Source: Azolla caroliniana (lineage: Eukaryota > Plantae > Polypodiophyta). From it: a DNA stretch of 64,000 nucleotides. The notes beneath the pieces were generated by a model that was not told where the DNA came from, did no database searches, and saw only the letters and a list, made by a program, of their open reading frames with translations. Below are positions 49,200-61,000 of this stretch, piece by piece; within the stretch, counting starts at the first letter, position 1, and the number at the start of each line of letters is the position of its first letter. Position numbers and translations under genes: made by a program. The stretch spans positions 17,918,001 through 17,982,000 of the forward strand of contig JBHGNT010000003.1 of NCBI GenBank assembly GCA_043228905.1, given 5' to 3'.

Positions 49200-50057
49200 T
49201 TTATATAGTACATCAAATGTAACGATTCCATAATACGACCGTTACAAAAAAGACCATTACACACATCCACATAATTGTGCATGTGTTCATACACATATTT
49301 ATCCTCACTTGTACTCGTATACATTACACATACCACAACCCATTTATTGTGTTTGACCCTTACACCGCCTCGTACACTCCTACGGGCAACAACCTCATCT
49401 TCTTGTCCAGCCCCCACCTATCTTGGTTTCGACCCGCACTCATCCCTACAACCCTTTCACACCTTGGTCGTCCAAACCAGCCAACACACTTTTCTTGTTG
49501 CTTGATTCCAATCTTTCAGTGCCTTGATTTGTGCAGTAGTTGCATTTTCTTTAGGAATCTCTGGAGCATCTTCTAGGTCTCCATCAATGTACTCCCAATA
49601 CCTTTTTCCATCAAGAAATTTGTCATTCTGAATTTCCACGCACGAAAATTGTTTTTAACAAGTTTTTCTATAACTATTTGGCTTCCATTCTTGGTGGCTA
49701 TCTCTGCTTTAATTTTAGGGTTTTAGTTGTGATTAAACTCAGCAAACAACTCTAATTCAAACCAGCGCACAAAGTAATATTCTTCTGTAACGGCAACTAA
49801 GCTCTTACACCATGTTAAGAATGTGTTACGGCAATTCTTTATGCAACCATGGAGACGTGATGGGCAAGATCGTTTAGGGTTCAAGTGAGAAAGGTGGAAG
49901 GAGAATCACCTATGTAGCAGCCCAAAAATCCTTCTATTTCATTCGTGGGAAAAATACTGACTCTGTTACATCTTTTTTTTTCTCACTCTTTACCTAAGAG
50001 TTTTAGGGACTTACATATGTAGTTATTTTGTTGTGAATAGCTATTTCAAATTTAACA
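49200..50057 (-). mobile_element. Old deleted copia remnant
   Basis: gag N-terminus KRYWEYIDG..LKDWNQ (49457-49690), degenerate PBS TGGTGTAAGAGC 49801-49812, candidate LTR 49813-50057 (TGTTAA..TTAACA). Confidence 0.65.
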
Positions 50058-52477
50058 AACCATCCACATTAAAATAACATTATTATATAAGAAGTTTTCC
50101 ACGTACATTACTTTCCCTCATTGGTACTTTTTTTTTACAAGTGGCAAGTACTAAAACCCTAGAGAAGCCACAAGTCGTGTTTTTCAATACATAATGTAAG
50201 TATTCGTACATATGTGGCATGAACTAATACAATTGACAACTCACAAGATGTTTTTCAATGGTATTATGTAATTTGGATCAATGATTCTAATTTAATACGG
50301 TAGGTTGTCTTTCATTAATTCGTGTATCACATGAATTTCATCAATTTCTTTAATTTTCATAGTATTTTCAAACTTACATATCCTATGTTCTACATGTAAG
50401 TCTTCATTTCATGTATATATAATGGTGGTTAACGTTCCAACTCCTTTATAATTTATGTACCCTCGTAAACATTATCATCGAAAGATATTAAGGTACCTAA
50501 AAGAGAAAATAAGAATTCCATGAAGGAAAATTCGTTTATTACAACTTCTCTTTCCATGTTGTCTTTGTATATTTATATACATGAGCTAATTTTTGTTTTA
50601 CATCCAATGTTCATCAAGAATTTGAAACCACGCTTAAATTATGATACGATCAACCTATGTTCATGTGGTGGTGGTTGACAAGGAACTCAAACTTCGTAAA
50701 GTTTTGAATCCAATAGGATGCACAATCCCTATTTTCATGTGGTTATTTATGACTACTTTATATCAGGGTCCTTACAACTTATAATTCAATTAGCTCAAAG
50801 TCTTTGCTTGTTTAATGTCAATTTTCCTAGTAGAAAGCCTCAACTTTCACAATCATACCATTGTGTAGTGGATACATATCACAATTCTACCAATATGTTG
50901 TGGATATTACACTGTGTGTGGTCATGTATAATGGAAATAATAGCCTATGCAAATGTCGATAGCTAACTTCATGTCATTCACGAACTTCACTACATAAATT
51001 CCCATATTATCAATAGAAATAGCTTGATAACAATATTTCATCATCCAAGATTGGAATCAGCACACAAGGTTTGTAAAGTCCAACATATGTTTGGGGATGA
51101 GCCAAAAACTTTAGGATTGTCTTCTATCCAATGAATAGTATATAATCCTAGAATAAGATCTCTTGCAAGGAGCCCACTAAGTTTACATTGTCAAACTTGG
51201 ACATAGTGTTTGTATGCATCTTTTAGGTTATCTAATTTTAAATCATTTTAGGCAATAAAGCAACAAGTTTATAGATAATGTCTTGTACAAATACAAATGC
51301 ACTACCAGAGTATGGTACATTTTGATTGATATTCAACACAATTAGCATCGTTGATATGAAATTGGCCTTTTTTATTTAACTATAACCAATTATTAGATAT
51401 ACTGTCCACCGGAAATTTTAAATTTTCAATGTTGTATGGTGTTAGTCAAAATCCCAAAATCTAAAAGCAAGAAAAGCAAAAATATATGTTTCGATGTTGT
51501 ATGGTGGGATTTAAAATCCTCAAATCTAAAACCTTTTCAACAAGAAAGGATAAAGGGGGACTTTTTGTAGGATGCAAAGGATTTGGTCATTTTTAGGAAA
51601 GGAAAGAGAGGGAGATAATGAAAAAAGAAAGAGAGAATTTTTTATGTAAACTTTCAGTATTTATCTCCACAAAACTTCATTGTTACTATATGGTTTAGGT
51701 CGTTAGTTGGTTTGTGAATAGAAATAAATCATTTTTTTCTAGTTCAAGACATGCAACCAATCATAAACTGTCTATCCATTGTATGGTCAATTAGAATAAA
51801 TAGCATGCGTAAAATTAAACCTCTCTTTTGTCTAGTTTTAGCTCACTATATAATAATGTTGCATCCTTAAAGAGGCCCAGTTACATGTTCTAGTTACATG
51901 ACTTTAAAGCATTCCACTTGCTTGCATTAACCTAGTTATGATAGTGCAATAACATCAATTCACTATCATCATTCTCATCAACAATACAAACATGGTGATG
52001 TAGAGTGAAGGTTTACATGTTCATTGCACAACCCATCCCCTAGATGAAAGTATTTGGTGTCTCGAGACAAACTAAGATGATGTTTTAAAATAAAGTGGAC
52101 CTTTGGGTTTCCTAACAATATGTTTTATCATTTCAAGCGAAGAAGTGTATGAGTGGTCATGTGAAGACAAAGTATAATATTGCAATAAAGGCAAGATACA
52201 TGCAAAACATCCCCGGGGTTTGGATTGTTGTATGTAACTGCTCCTAGAATCAAGATCCACTTGTTTCCCACTATAAATGCTCAAATAAACGTAATATTGC
52301 ATTATTATCACTTTAGAATACTAAAGAGGAGCAACATATATGAAAGTTGAAACTATACAATCCATTTGTATGAGTCTATTTGTGAGAGAGAGACAAATAT
52401 CACATTAGTGAACTTATACATGCTCAGAACCAATAAGCTTGAAAGCGCTTTCATGGTTGTTACTAATTGCTAATGCT

Positions 52478-53290
52478 ATGGACAATGATCAAAATCATGT
52501 AGGTTTAGTTCTTCCCTTAGATGCAAAATGGCCTTTCCTACTAAGATTTCCTATATCATGGTTTGGCATAAGCATAGGCCTAGCAAGCCAAGCCTACCTA
52601 TGGAAGACATTGGCAAAATATCTTCCATGCATAGAAATAGTGTTGCATTTTATCAATCAAATGAACATGGTAGTATGGACCATGGCAATGTCCTCCCTAA
52701 TCATCATAACATACACATACCTAATGAAGAGTTTGTTCTACTTTGAGGCAGTGAAGCAAGAGTTTAAGGACATTGTCCGGAGCAACTTCTTCTTTGCACC
52801 ATGGGTAGCATGCCTATTCTTGGCATTGGGGGTGCCACCAGATATTATGAGATGGATCATAGGTAAGGATGACAAGGTACAAAATGGATGGGTGATTATG
52901 TTGATGGTGCCAATAATTGGGTTGGAACTTAAAGTTTACGGGCAATGGTTACTAGGGGGCAAAGATAGGTTAAGTGAAGTGGCGAACCCATGCACACATT
53001 TGTCTGTTGTGGGGAATTTTATTGGATCTTTACTTGTAGCCAAAGTTGGGTGGCAAGAGCTAGCCACATTTTTGTGGGCAGTGGGCATTATCCATTACCT
53101 TGTGTTGTTTGTCACCCTTTATCAAAGGTTGCCATCCTCTGTGTCAGTTCCAAAAGAGCTACACCCAGTCTTTTTCCTTTTTGTAGCTGCACCTAGCACT
53201 GCTAGTGTTGCTTGGAAAACGATCGTTGGAGACTTTGATTACTTGTCTCGCATTTGCTACTTCATGGGCTTGTTCCTCTACACTGCTTTG
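52478..53290 (+). CDS. SLAH: SLAC1/SLAH-family S-type anion channel, main exon (5' end uncertain)
   Basis: WPFLLRFPISWFGI, NFFFAPW, RLSEVANP..HLSVVGNF, VLFVTLYQRLP, KELHPVFFLFVAAPS; donor GTGAGT at 53291. Start is either ATG 52478 or an acceptor at 52501-52502. Confidence 0.93.
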
Positions 53291-54148
53291 GTGAGTGCTC
53301 CTCACATAATCTTCAAAGTAACCACTTTAAAGTCTTACTTAGGCTCTTTCCCACTAAGAGAATCCTCTTAATTTCTTTAAAGGAAATAGTAAATGGTATA
53401 GCACTCTTACTAATTAATAAAGTGTGCAAGTACATGTTGATGTCGGCTTAAGTTTTTTCATTCAAGCCCAAGTAGTTATTCATAAAACAAAACAAAACAA
53501 TTGATAAATTACAAGAGTGTATGTAGAATGATTGTTCTCTAGAGAGGTGTTCCTTAATACATTGATCTCAATTATTGACGTGAATTAAAACCATGAAATA
53601 CATTTTCAATAACATTGGAGAGAATATTAGACACTTTAGAAACTTTAATTGGAGATCGAAGTATTTTGATGAATTATCATTCTTCAAACCTCACTAAGAT
53701 CTATTTATACCTCACACCCCTATATCTTGCTAAAAAGTGCAAAATACATAATGTAAATGCTAGTTCTTCTATAGTTGGCACCAACATAAAATGTAGGCAT
53801 TGTATCATATTAAATTCCATGGTTCAAGTTCAAGTTACCGCACAACATTCTGCCTCTAGTATGGTATCATAGTATGTTAGCACACATTGGTTACTACTCT
53901 TTTTAGTTTTAGAGGTCAAAGGAGAATGCCCCTTCCAATCTCGATCTTGTACCTTGATGATAACACAATCTTTGAGGATAATCGATATACCATATATGCA
54001 ATGTAGTGTTAAAACCAACCAATAATTAGCCATATGCAATTTATAAAAGTGCAATAAATTATATTTTAAGTTGATAAAGAATTATATAAAGCATCTAAAC
54101 TATAGCAATACTAATCTCATACACTAACAAAAGTTTTCATTTGACTAG

Positions 54149-54180
54149 GTTGTTCGTCTCAATTTCTTTCGTGGATTCCC
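54149..54180 (+). CDS. SLAH: SLAH 32-nt micro-exon (VVRLNFFRGF)
   Basis: Branch-like ACTAAC, AG 54147-54148, GTAAGA at 54181; encodes the conserved VR.NFFRGF motif and the phases fit. Confidence 0.92.
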
Positions 54181-54281
54181 GTAAGAAACAAGTTCATTTT
54201 GAAGGTCTTTTTCTCATTCTTTCATTGGTATTACTTCAATAGTGACAATATGTTTTGCTCCTATTTTTTATTATTTGATAG

Positions 54282-54591
54282 GTTCTCCATTACTTGGTGG
54301 GCTTTCTTATACCCTATGACATCCGCAGCCATCGCAACTATTCATTACTCACACACAGTGAAACATCCTTTAAGCATGGCTTTAGCCATAGCACTTTCCA
54401 TAATGTCAACTATTACAGTCTTTGGTCTCTTTCTCTCAACAATATTCCATGGGGTTTTCTTGGGGACACTTTTTCCAAACGACATTGTCATTATACCAAG
54501 AAGGCAAACACGTAAAAGGAAACACACGGTGGAAAAGGTAAACGTTGAAGACAACACGAAATATAACAAGTATTCCTTGCATTCCATTTAA
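54282..54591 (+). CDS. SLAH: SLAH terminal exon
   Basis: AG 54280-54281; FSITWWAFLYPMT..LFPND; stop TAA ends at 54591. Confidence 0.92.
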
Positions 54592-55769
54592 GGTCAAACA
54601 GCCTTATGGAATAAAATCACATGATTCAAAATGTAAAAGCATTCATTTACTCTACATCTTTGCAATACTAATAAAATTTATGCAACTACATTCTTTTCAA
54701 GCATTACAATTCCTATAGTTGGACTCAAGAATAAGAAGAAAAGAATGTCCCATATTTTTGTAATGCAACAAAATATAACAATACTTACAAATTTCCAATT
54801 TTAATTTTCTTCCTGATAACATGTGTTTAATAGTTCCATGTTCAAATGGGGTCATTCAATATTAATCAGGAATCATTATATGGACACTGTTTTATGTTCA
54901 ATATTTCAGAGAACATGAAAACTACTTCCATGTTTACAAATTTTGATTCTAGAATTTCCCATCTTTGAACTCTTTTATTTCAGATACTTACGAGGGAGAG
55001 AACATAATATAGAATATAATGTAGCAACCAACAAAGAACACTTAGTGAGGGAGAGATTAAATGACATCGCTAGAGTGCTCTTGGTTTTGACAAACTCCCC
55101 CTTCTAGGAAGAAATGTTTTTCATAAATAAACTCACATTATGAAGATCATGATCCAATTGAAAGAATGATGAAAATAGTGTGTACAGACAATGTGGTTAG
55201 GACTATAACGGTTATTCAACGAGATCCAACATCGATCTTGCATATTGAAAATTCACTGTATTTCACAAGAAGATTAGAAATTTGAGTACTCACGAGGATA
55301 TGATTGATTATTGCATATCGAACACACTTTGTTCAATGAGGCTGTTCCCCTTATTTCAGATTTGATATGTAAGTGGCAGATGAATTTTTTGGCAGACTCC
55401 ATATGTGTTTCTTAGTGCCCTGTTTCCAAACTAGTCTCATAGAACCAACACTAAAAAGATTAAAAAACTCCAAGCCATTGAAGGCTACCCATTTCAAAAT
55501 AAATCATATTAACAGGTGATGTGCAAGAACCAATAATGAAACAAAATTAGTAAGGGTAGCCATGGCCAGCTCACCATGTTTGAGGTGTATATTATAGAAA
55601 CCCCCAAGCTTTAGAGATGTTTTGAGAGGAAAGCCCCCAAAAAATTAGAGACAAACATTGCCAGAAAAAATTCGACAAATTTAAATGGTAGATTTACTAC
55701 ATTTGGCCAATCATGTACTATTACACCCTAAAATATAAGCCTCCACATAATAATCACCACATTTGAGTA

Positions 55770-56027
55770 TTAATGCAGGCCATCAAGATGAGACTGCACT
55801 TCAAAGAGATCTGGGAGGCCGATACTAACAATATCTTCGGGAGAATATTCTGCCTTTATCAAGGAATTTAGTTGCCCATATGCTTCCATAATATTTGACC
55901 TGTAATTGTTACACAAATCGCTCTCTTTCTCTCTCCCTCTCAATGCTTCCATGAATTTCACTGTCTCTGTCAGTCTGCATTCTCGATTGTGACATTCATT
56001 CCTTAAAAATTCAGAGTTACAACTCAC
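55770..56027 (-). CDS. Possible terminal exon of an unidentified convergent gene
   Basis: 85-codon open frame, more GC-rich than its flanks, with candidate AG acceptors; no recognised motif. Confidence 0.3.
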   Translation of the reverse strand: MSCNSEFLRNECHNRECRLTETVKFMEALRGREKESDLCNNYRSNIMEAYGQLNSLIKAEYSPEDIVSIGLPDLFEVQSHLDGLH

Positions 56028-56112
56028 ACATAAATTACGTTAAAATCTTATATTTTTGGTCTCATAGGTCATATTTGACCTCCGGAGGCAATAACTCTCT
56101 CTCTCTCTCTCT

Positions 56113-57133
56113 GACTGACTGAAAATGGAGACATTCATTGTTGGTATCTCAAAATGTAACAATGGTTCGAGTCACATGGTATACGGATAAATGCACTACC
56201 TCATTCCAGTATAGCTTGGACTGTCCCCATCTAAACATGACCAAAGTGGAAAGGAAAAGTCACCCGAACTGATATTATTAACTTGAAAACAAGATAACAT
56301 GGATCAACCCCAAAATATCACTTGGTACAATGATGCCACACTACAAGACACTTTTTACACACATCAGAGGATAGATTCATCATTAGGCCACCTTATCTGG
56401 ACATACATCTATCCTATGCATTGTGCGGTGTGATACGGCAGCTACGAACTTCATCACATCAGTTAGAGATTGAGGTAGGAAGATATACACGAATACCTCT
56501 GGAAGAAAGAATTTGCCAATTGTGTCATCAAGGTGTGGAATCCGAAAAACACAATGTTTGCCACTGTACTGTCTTTTATGAAATAAGCGGGAGATACCAT
56601 TGCCTCTTTAAACCAGGCTTTGGCCCACCACCCAAGGCAATGGAATATGAGGACCGACGGTGCCAAGGACATTACTTGCTAGAACTCATGAGACACACGG
56701 ACAAGTTGTTGAAGGAAAATAGTATAGCCACACAAGCTCATCCACAAAGAACAATCACAACTTTCTTTATCCTTGTCACTCCTAATGCTACAAGTCAAAC
56801 AAGGGCTACATGAATGGGCTCCCAACCAGGACATAACAGAGGGGTTACAATAGGTTGAACATAACCAGCACGTAGGCCCTGGCCCCGTGGACCACGACCT
56901 CACCACCCTTGTCATCGACAAATAAACACTATCGGAGACGCTTCCCTCACTTTCTAAACCTCTCCATTCTGGATTGACCTATGCTAGAGATCTTACGAAG
57001 ACAAGTTCTAATACATCTAGCTTGAGAATCTTGCATGTCTCGAAAACCAAATTCTTCAGTGTCTTCTTATCTTATTTACTTTATATTTACTTTATTTTGA
57101 TTTGTAGTTCTCAAACAGGACATTAATATCTCT
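56113..57133 (+). mobile_element. 5'-truncated RTE-X-like LINE (LINE2)
   Basis: QLRTSSHQLEIEVGRY..ERICQLC..ESEKH..C; 3' end ATTAATATCTCT resembles LINE1; (CT)9 at the 5' flank. Confidence 0.85.
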
Positions 57134-58012
57134 TAAAAGCTTTAGGTATATTGGTATCGATGTACCTGCTACAAATAAATGCAGCACATCCTTTGCATCT
57201 AGACTTCAACCTGGCTGGAAAAGTTATTATATGTTGGAAAATAAATGCAACCAGAGTGATACTCATGGATGGGAAGTAAAACTAATGTTATTTATTGCCA
57301 TGGTAACACGAGTTTTACTTTATGAAGTAGGAAGTGTGGGGAGGAACTATCTCTCTTAATGCACAGAATGAGATTGAGAAGATTCAAAGGAGACAATTGA
57401 GAGTTAAATCCACCACCTCCTATCAAGTTTTGCTCTTGGAAACAAATGTTCAACCTATAGAGATATTGGCGCTTCAGAGAATACGATACATTATAAAAGT
57501 CAAGAATATGCCAAATCATAGATTACCACATCTTACTTGGAACGTTGATGCAAACTACAAAAGAATCACAAGAGCAAAATTCTCTCATCCGGTTGGGTAG
57601 TTGACATCAAAAAATGGTTCAAATGATGGGTTGTGGAAGATATCTTAGAGCTCTTAAGTCATGCTATGAAATATGTAGTTATTGAGGAACGATTAATGGA
57701 ACCACAAAGAAAGAAGTGGAAAGATGCTAAAAGGACAAATTTAGAATATTACATTGCAAACATTAATCCTGAATGTTGGGTTCTATATAAAACAAGAAGG
57801 CCTATAAATCATATTCAGCCTTAACTCATTACTAGCATGAATATTAACTCTCGTAGAGCCCTAAAGCTCTTTCGCACTCGATCACACAACTTAGGTATTG
57901 ATGTTGTATTATTGCATCAAAATCAGCCAAATGTAAATGCATCTAAGGTATGCGAGGGTTAGCTAGTAGAGGATAAATATAGTGCAATTTGTGAAAGCTA
58001 TGATGATATACT

Positions 58013-61000
58013 TGTTGGGTTCTTGCTTTGAATCCCAAAACGCTTCACCACTTTAGGGTTGTAAGAGTATTTTTAGGCAGGGGGAAAAAACCTCCTAAAG
58101 AGGGAAACAATGCCCCTGTAGTCCTAAGTGTGTTCACACATTACTGTCCTAAATGTGTTCACACATCACTATCCTAAGTGTGTTCACACACATCACTACC
58201 AAAATATGTCAACAAATCCCCCTTGGGAGTGATGCAGTGAACAAGGAGCTGACATTCATGGTTAAACAAGTGCCAAGCTATGTGGATAGAGATGAATCCA
58301 CAAATGGGATTAGGTCTAAAGCTTTGCAGAAAGCTTCAAACTTCTCCCTAGGCAGAGCCTTTGTGAAGAGTTCTGCAATGTTCTCCTGCGTGGGCACATA
58401 AGCCAAACTGATCTCAATGCGCCTCAATGTGCTTAGTGCGAGCATGGAACACAGGGTTCCTCGCAACTGCCGTTGTGCTTTGACTGTCAGTGAAGATGGT
58501 GGTGGCAGAAGACTGACCAACACCCAAATCAGCTAAAAGGCGTCTGAGCCACACACACTCAACTGTAGCTGTGAAAGCTGCCCTATACTCAGCCTCACAA
58601 CTAGAAGTGGCCACAGTAGGCTGCTTCTTGCTCAACCAAGATATGCATCAGCTACCAAGCATGAAGCAAAAACCACTTGTGGACACACAAGTGTCATAAC
58701 AACCAGCCCAATCAGAGTCAGAAAAAGCATGCAAGTCTGGCGGTAGTGATCCCCCCTTGGGATAAAACAACCCTAGTGACCGGGTACCACTCAAGTAGCG
58801 AAAATTGCGCTTAACTGCCTGCCAATGCTTAATTCCTGGGCAATGCATAAACCTGCTCATCTGAGAGACAGCAAACTGAATGTCAGGTCGGGTTATGCAT
58901 AAGTAAATCAGGCATCCAACTGCCTGCTGATAGAGAACAGCATCAAATGCATCTCCAGCATCATGAAGGCTCAAATGTAAACCTGTCTCCATGGGAGTGG
59001 CAATAGGTTTACAGTCTTCAAGGCCAAAACGCTGTAATAATGTGTCGATGTATTTCGATTGACACAGCTATTCCACCATCAACTTGCATGAATCGAATGC
59101 CCAAATAATGATGCAAATGCCCCAAATCTGACATCTCAAAAGAGGCATGCAAATAAGCCTTAAAGTCAACAATATGCTTCTCATTGGGACCAGTTAGCAA
59201 CATATCATCGACATACACAACCATGATCAGAAATACATTATCAGCACGCTCAACAAATAACGTGCTTTCAGTTGAAGTACTCTCAAACCCAAATGCAATC
59301 AAATAGGCATGTATCTTTTCATACCAAGAACGCGGTGCTTGCTTCAAGCCAGATAATGCCTTTCGCAATCTGCACACTTTGTGTTCATGCCCTTTTTGCA
59401 CAAAACTACGGGTCTGGGATACATACACTTCCTCATGAAGATCACCATTTAAAAATGTTGTTTTAATGTCCAACTGATGTACATTCCAACCACGATGAGC
59501 TGCAATTACACAGATGCTACGAACAGTAGTCATACGACATGTGGGAGCAAAGGTCTCATCAAAATCAATGCCTTTTTCTTGGGCATAACCTTTCGCAACA
59601 AGCCTAGCCTTATACCTGTCAATTGTTCCATCAGGTTTACGCTTTAGCTTATATACCCACTTAGTGCCAATAGCCTTCTTGCCAGGAGGCAAGTCACATA
59701 AAGACCATGTACTAGACTTCATAATAGCCACATATTCTGATTGCAAAAGAAACAGGCTCACTCTCATTGCAAAGACTAGAGGCAGCCATTGCATAGCAAT
59801 CTGATGCAAAAGAAGCACTATGATAACCTGAACGAGTACGGTATGGCAAAGGAAAATCCAATTTACTGTCTTGCAAAGTCTGCAACAGCCATCTAGGCAG
59901 TCTTTGCCTCCTCTATATCAGCCCTCTCATTAATAAGTGCATCATGTAAGTCTGCATCAGAAATGGAATGATCTGCATCATTATGAGTAGCTTCCAAAGG
60001 CTGAGAAGGTGCCTCAAGTGGGTCAACACTTAATTGTCCACTTGTAAACAGAGGCAACAAAGTGTCATACACATCTTTGGAGCTAACTGATGTCTCCTTC
60101 ATACATGAAAGAAGTGGCTGAATTGCATCCTCCACAAAAACATCACGGCTAACCAAAATGCGTTTAGATTGTGGATGATACAGACGATGGCCTTTACTTT
60201 CAGAACTATATCCTACAAAAATACATTTCACTGCTTTATCATCCAATTTTTTGCGTTTTTGTTTAGGCACTAATGCATATGCCAAACAACCAAAAACACG
60301 CAGATGAGCAACAGATGGCTTTTGGCCATGCCAAGCTTCATATGGAGTGATAGAGTGCAGTGCTTTAGTGGGACACCTATTAAGTACATATGCTACACAC
60401 ATGACAGCCTCAAGCCAGAAACTATGTGGTAAGGCCTGACTTTTGACCATACACCTCACCATTTCCATGAGTGACCTATTCTTTCTTTCAGCAACTCCAA
60501 TTTGTTGAGGTGTATGCGGCACTGTACACTGATGTTTTATCCCACGTTCAGCCAGAAATGCATTAAACTTAGAAGACATATACTCCCCCCTTCGATCAGA
60601 ACGGAGGGTGCCCATTTTACATGATGACAAATTCTCAGCCAAAGCTAGAAATTGTTTGAAGCATAGAAACACTTCGGACTTTGCCTTCAATGGATATACC
60701 CATGCATGCCTAGAAAAGTCATCAATGAAAGTCACAAAATAAAGGTAGTTCCCAAGAGAATGTGTTTGCATAGGATCACAGACATCTCTATGAACAAGCT
60801 GAATTTCTACGTAGCTCGAACTGAACCATCTTTTGGAAAGGATGAACAGTGCATTTTGCCCAAAATGCAGCCTTCACAAACATGTTTCCGAGGTGCCTTA
60901 AGTTTGGGCAAGGAGGACACCATTTCAGATTTCTGCAGGCGAAGCAAACTTGTAAAATTCAGATGACCAAAGTGTGCATGCCAAATCTTTGCTTTTGAAA

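Noticed and set aside
50058-52270. Short ORFs and a ~65-bp imperfect duplication (about 51430-51530) upstream of SLAH
   Set aside because: AT-rich intergenic DNA with no recognisable coding or element signature.
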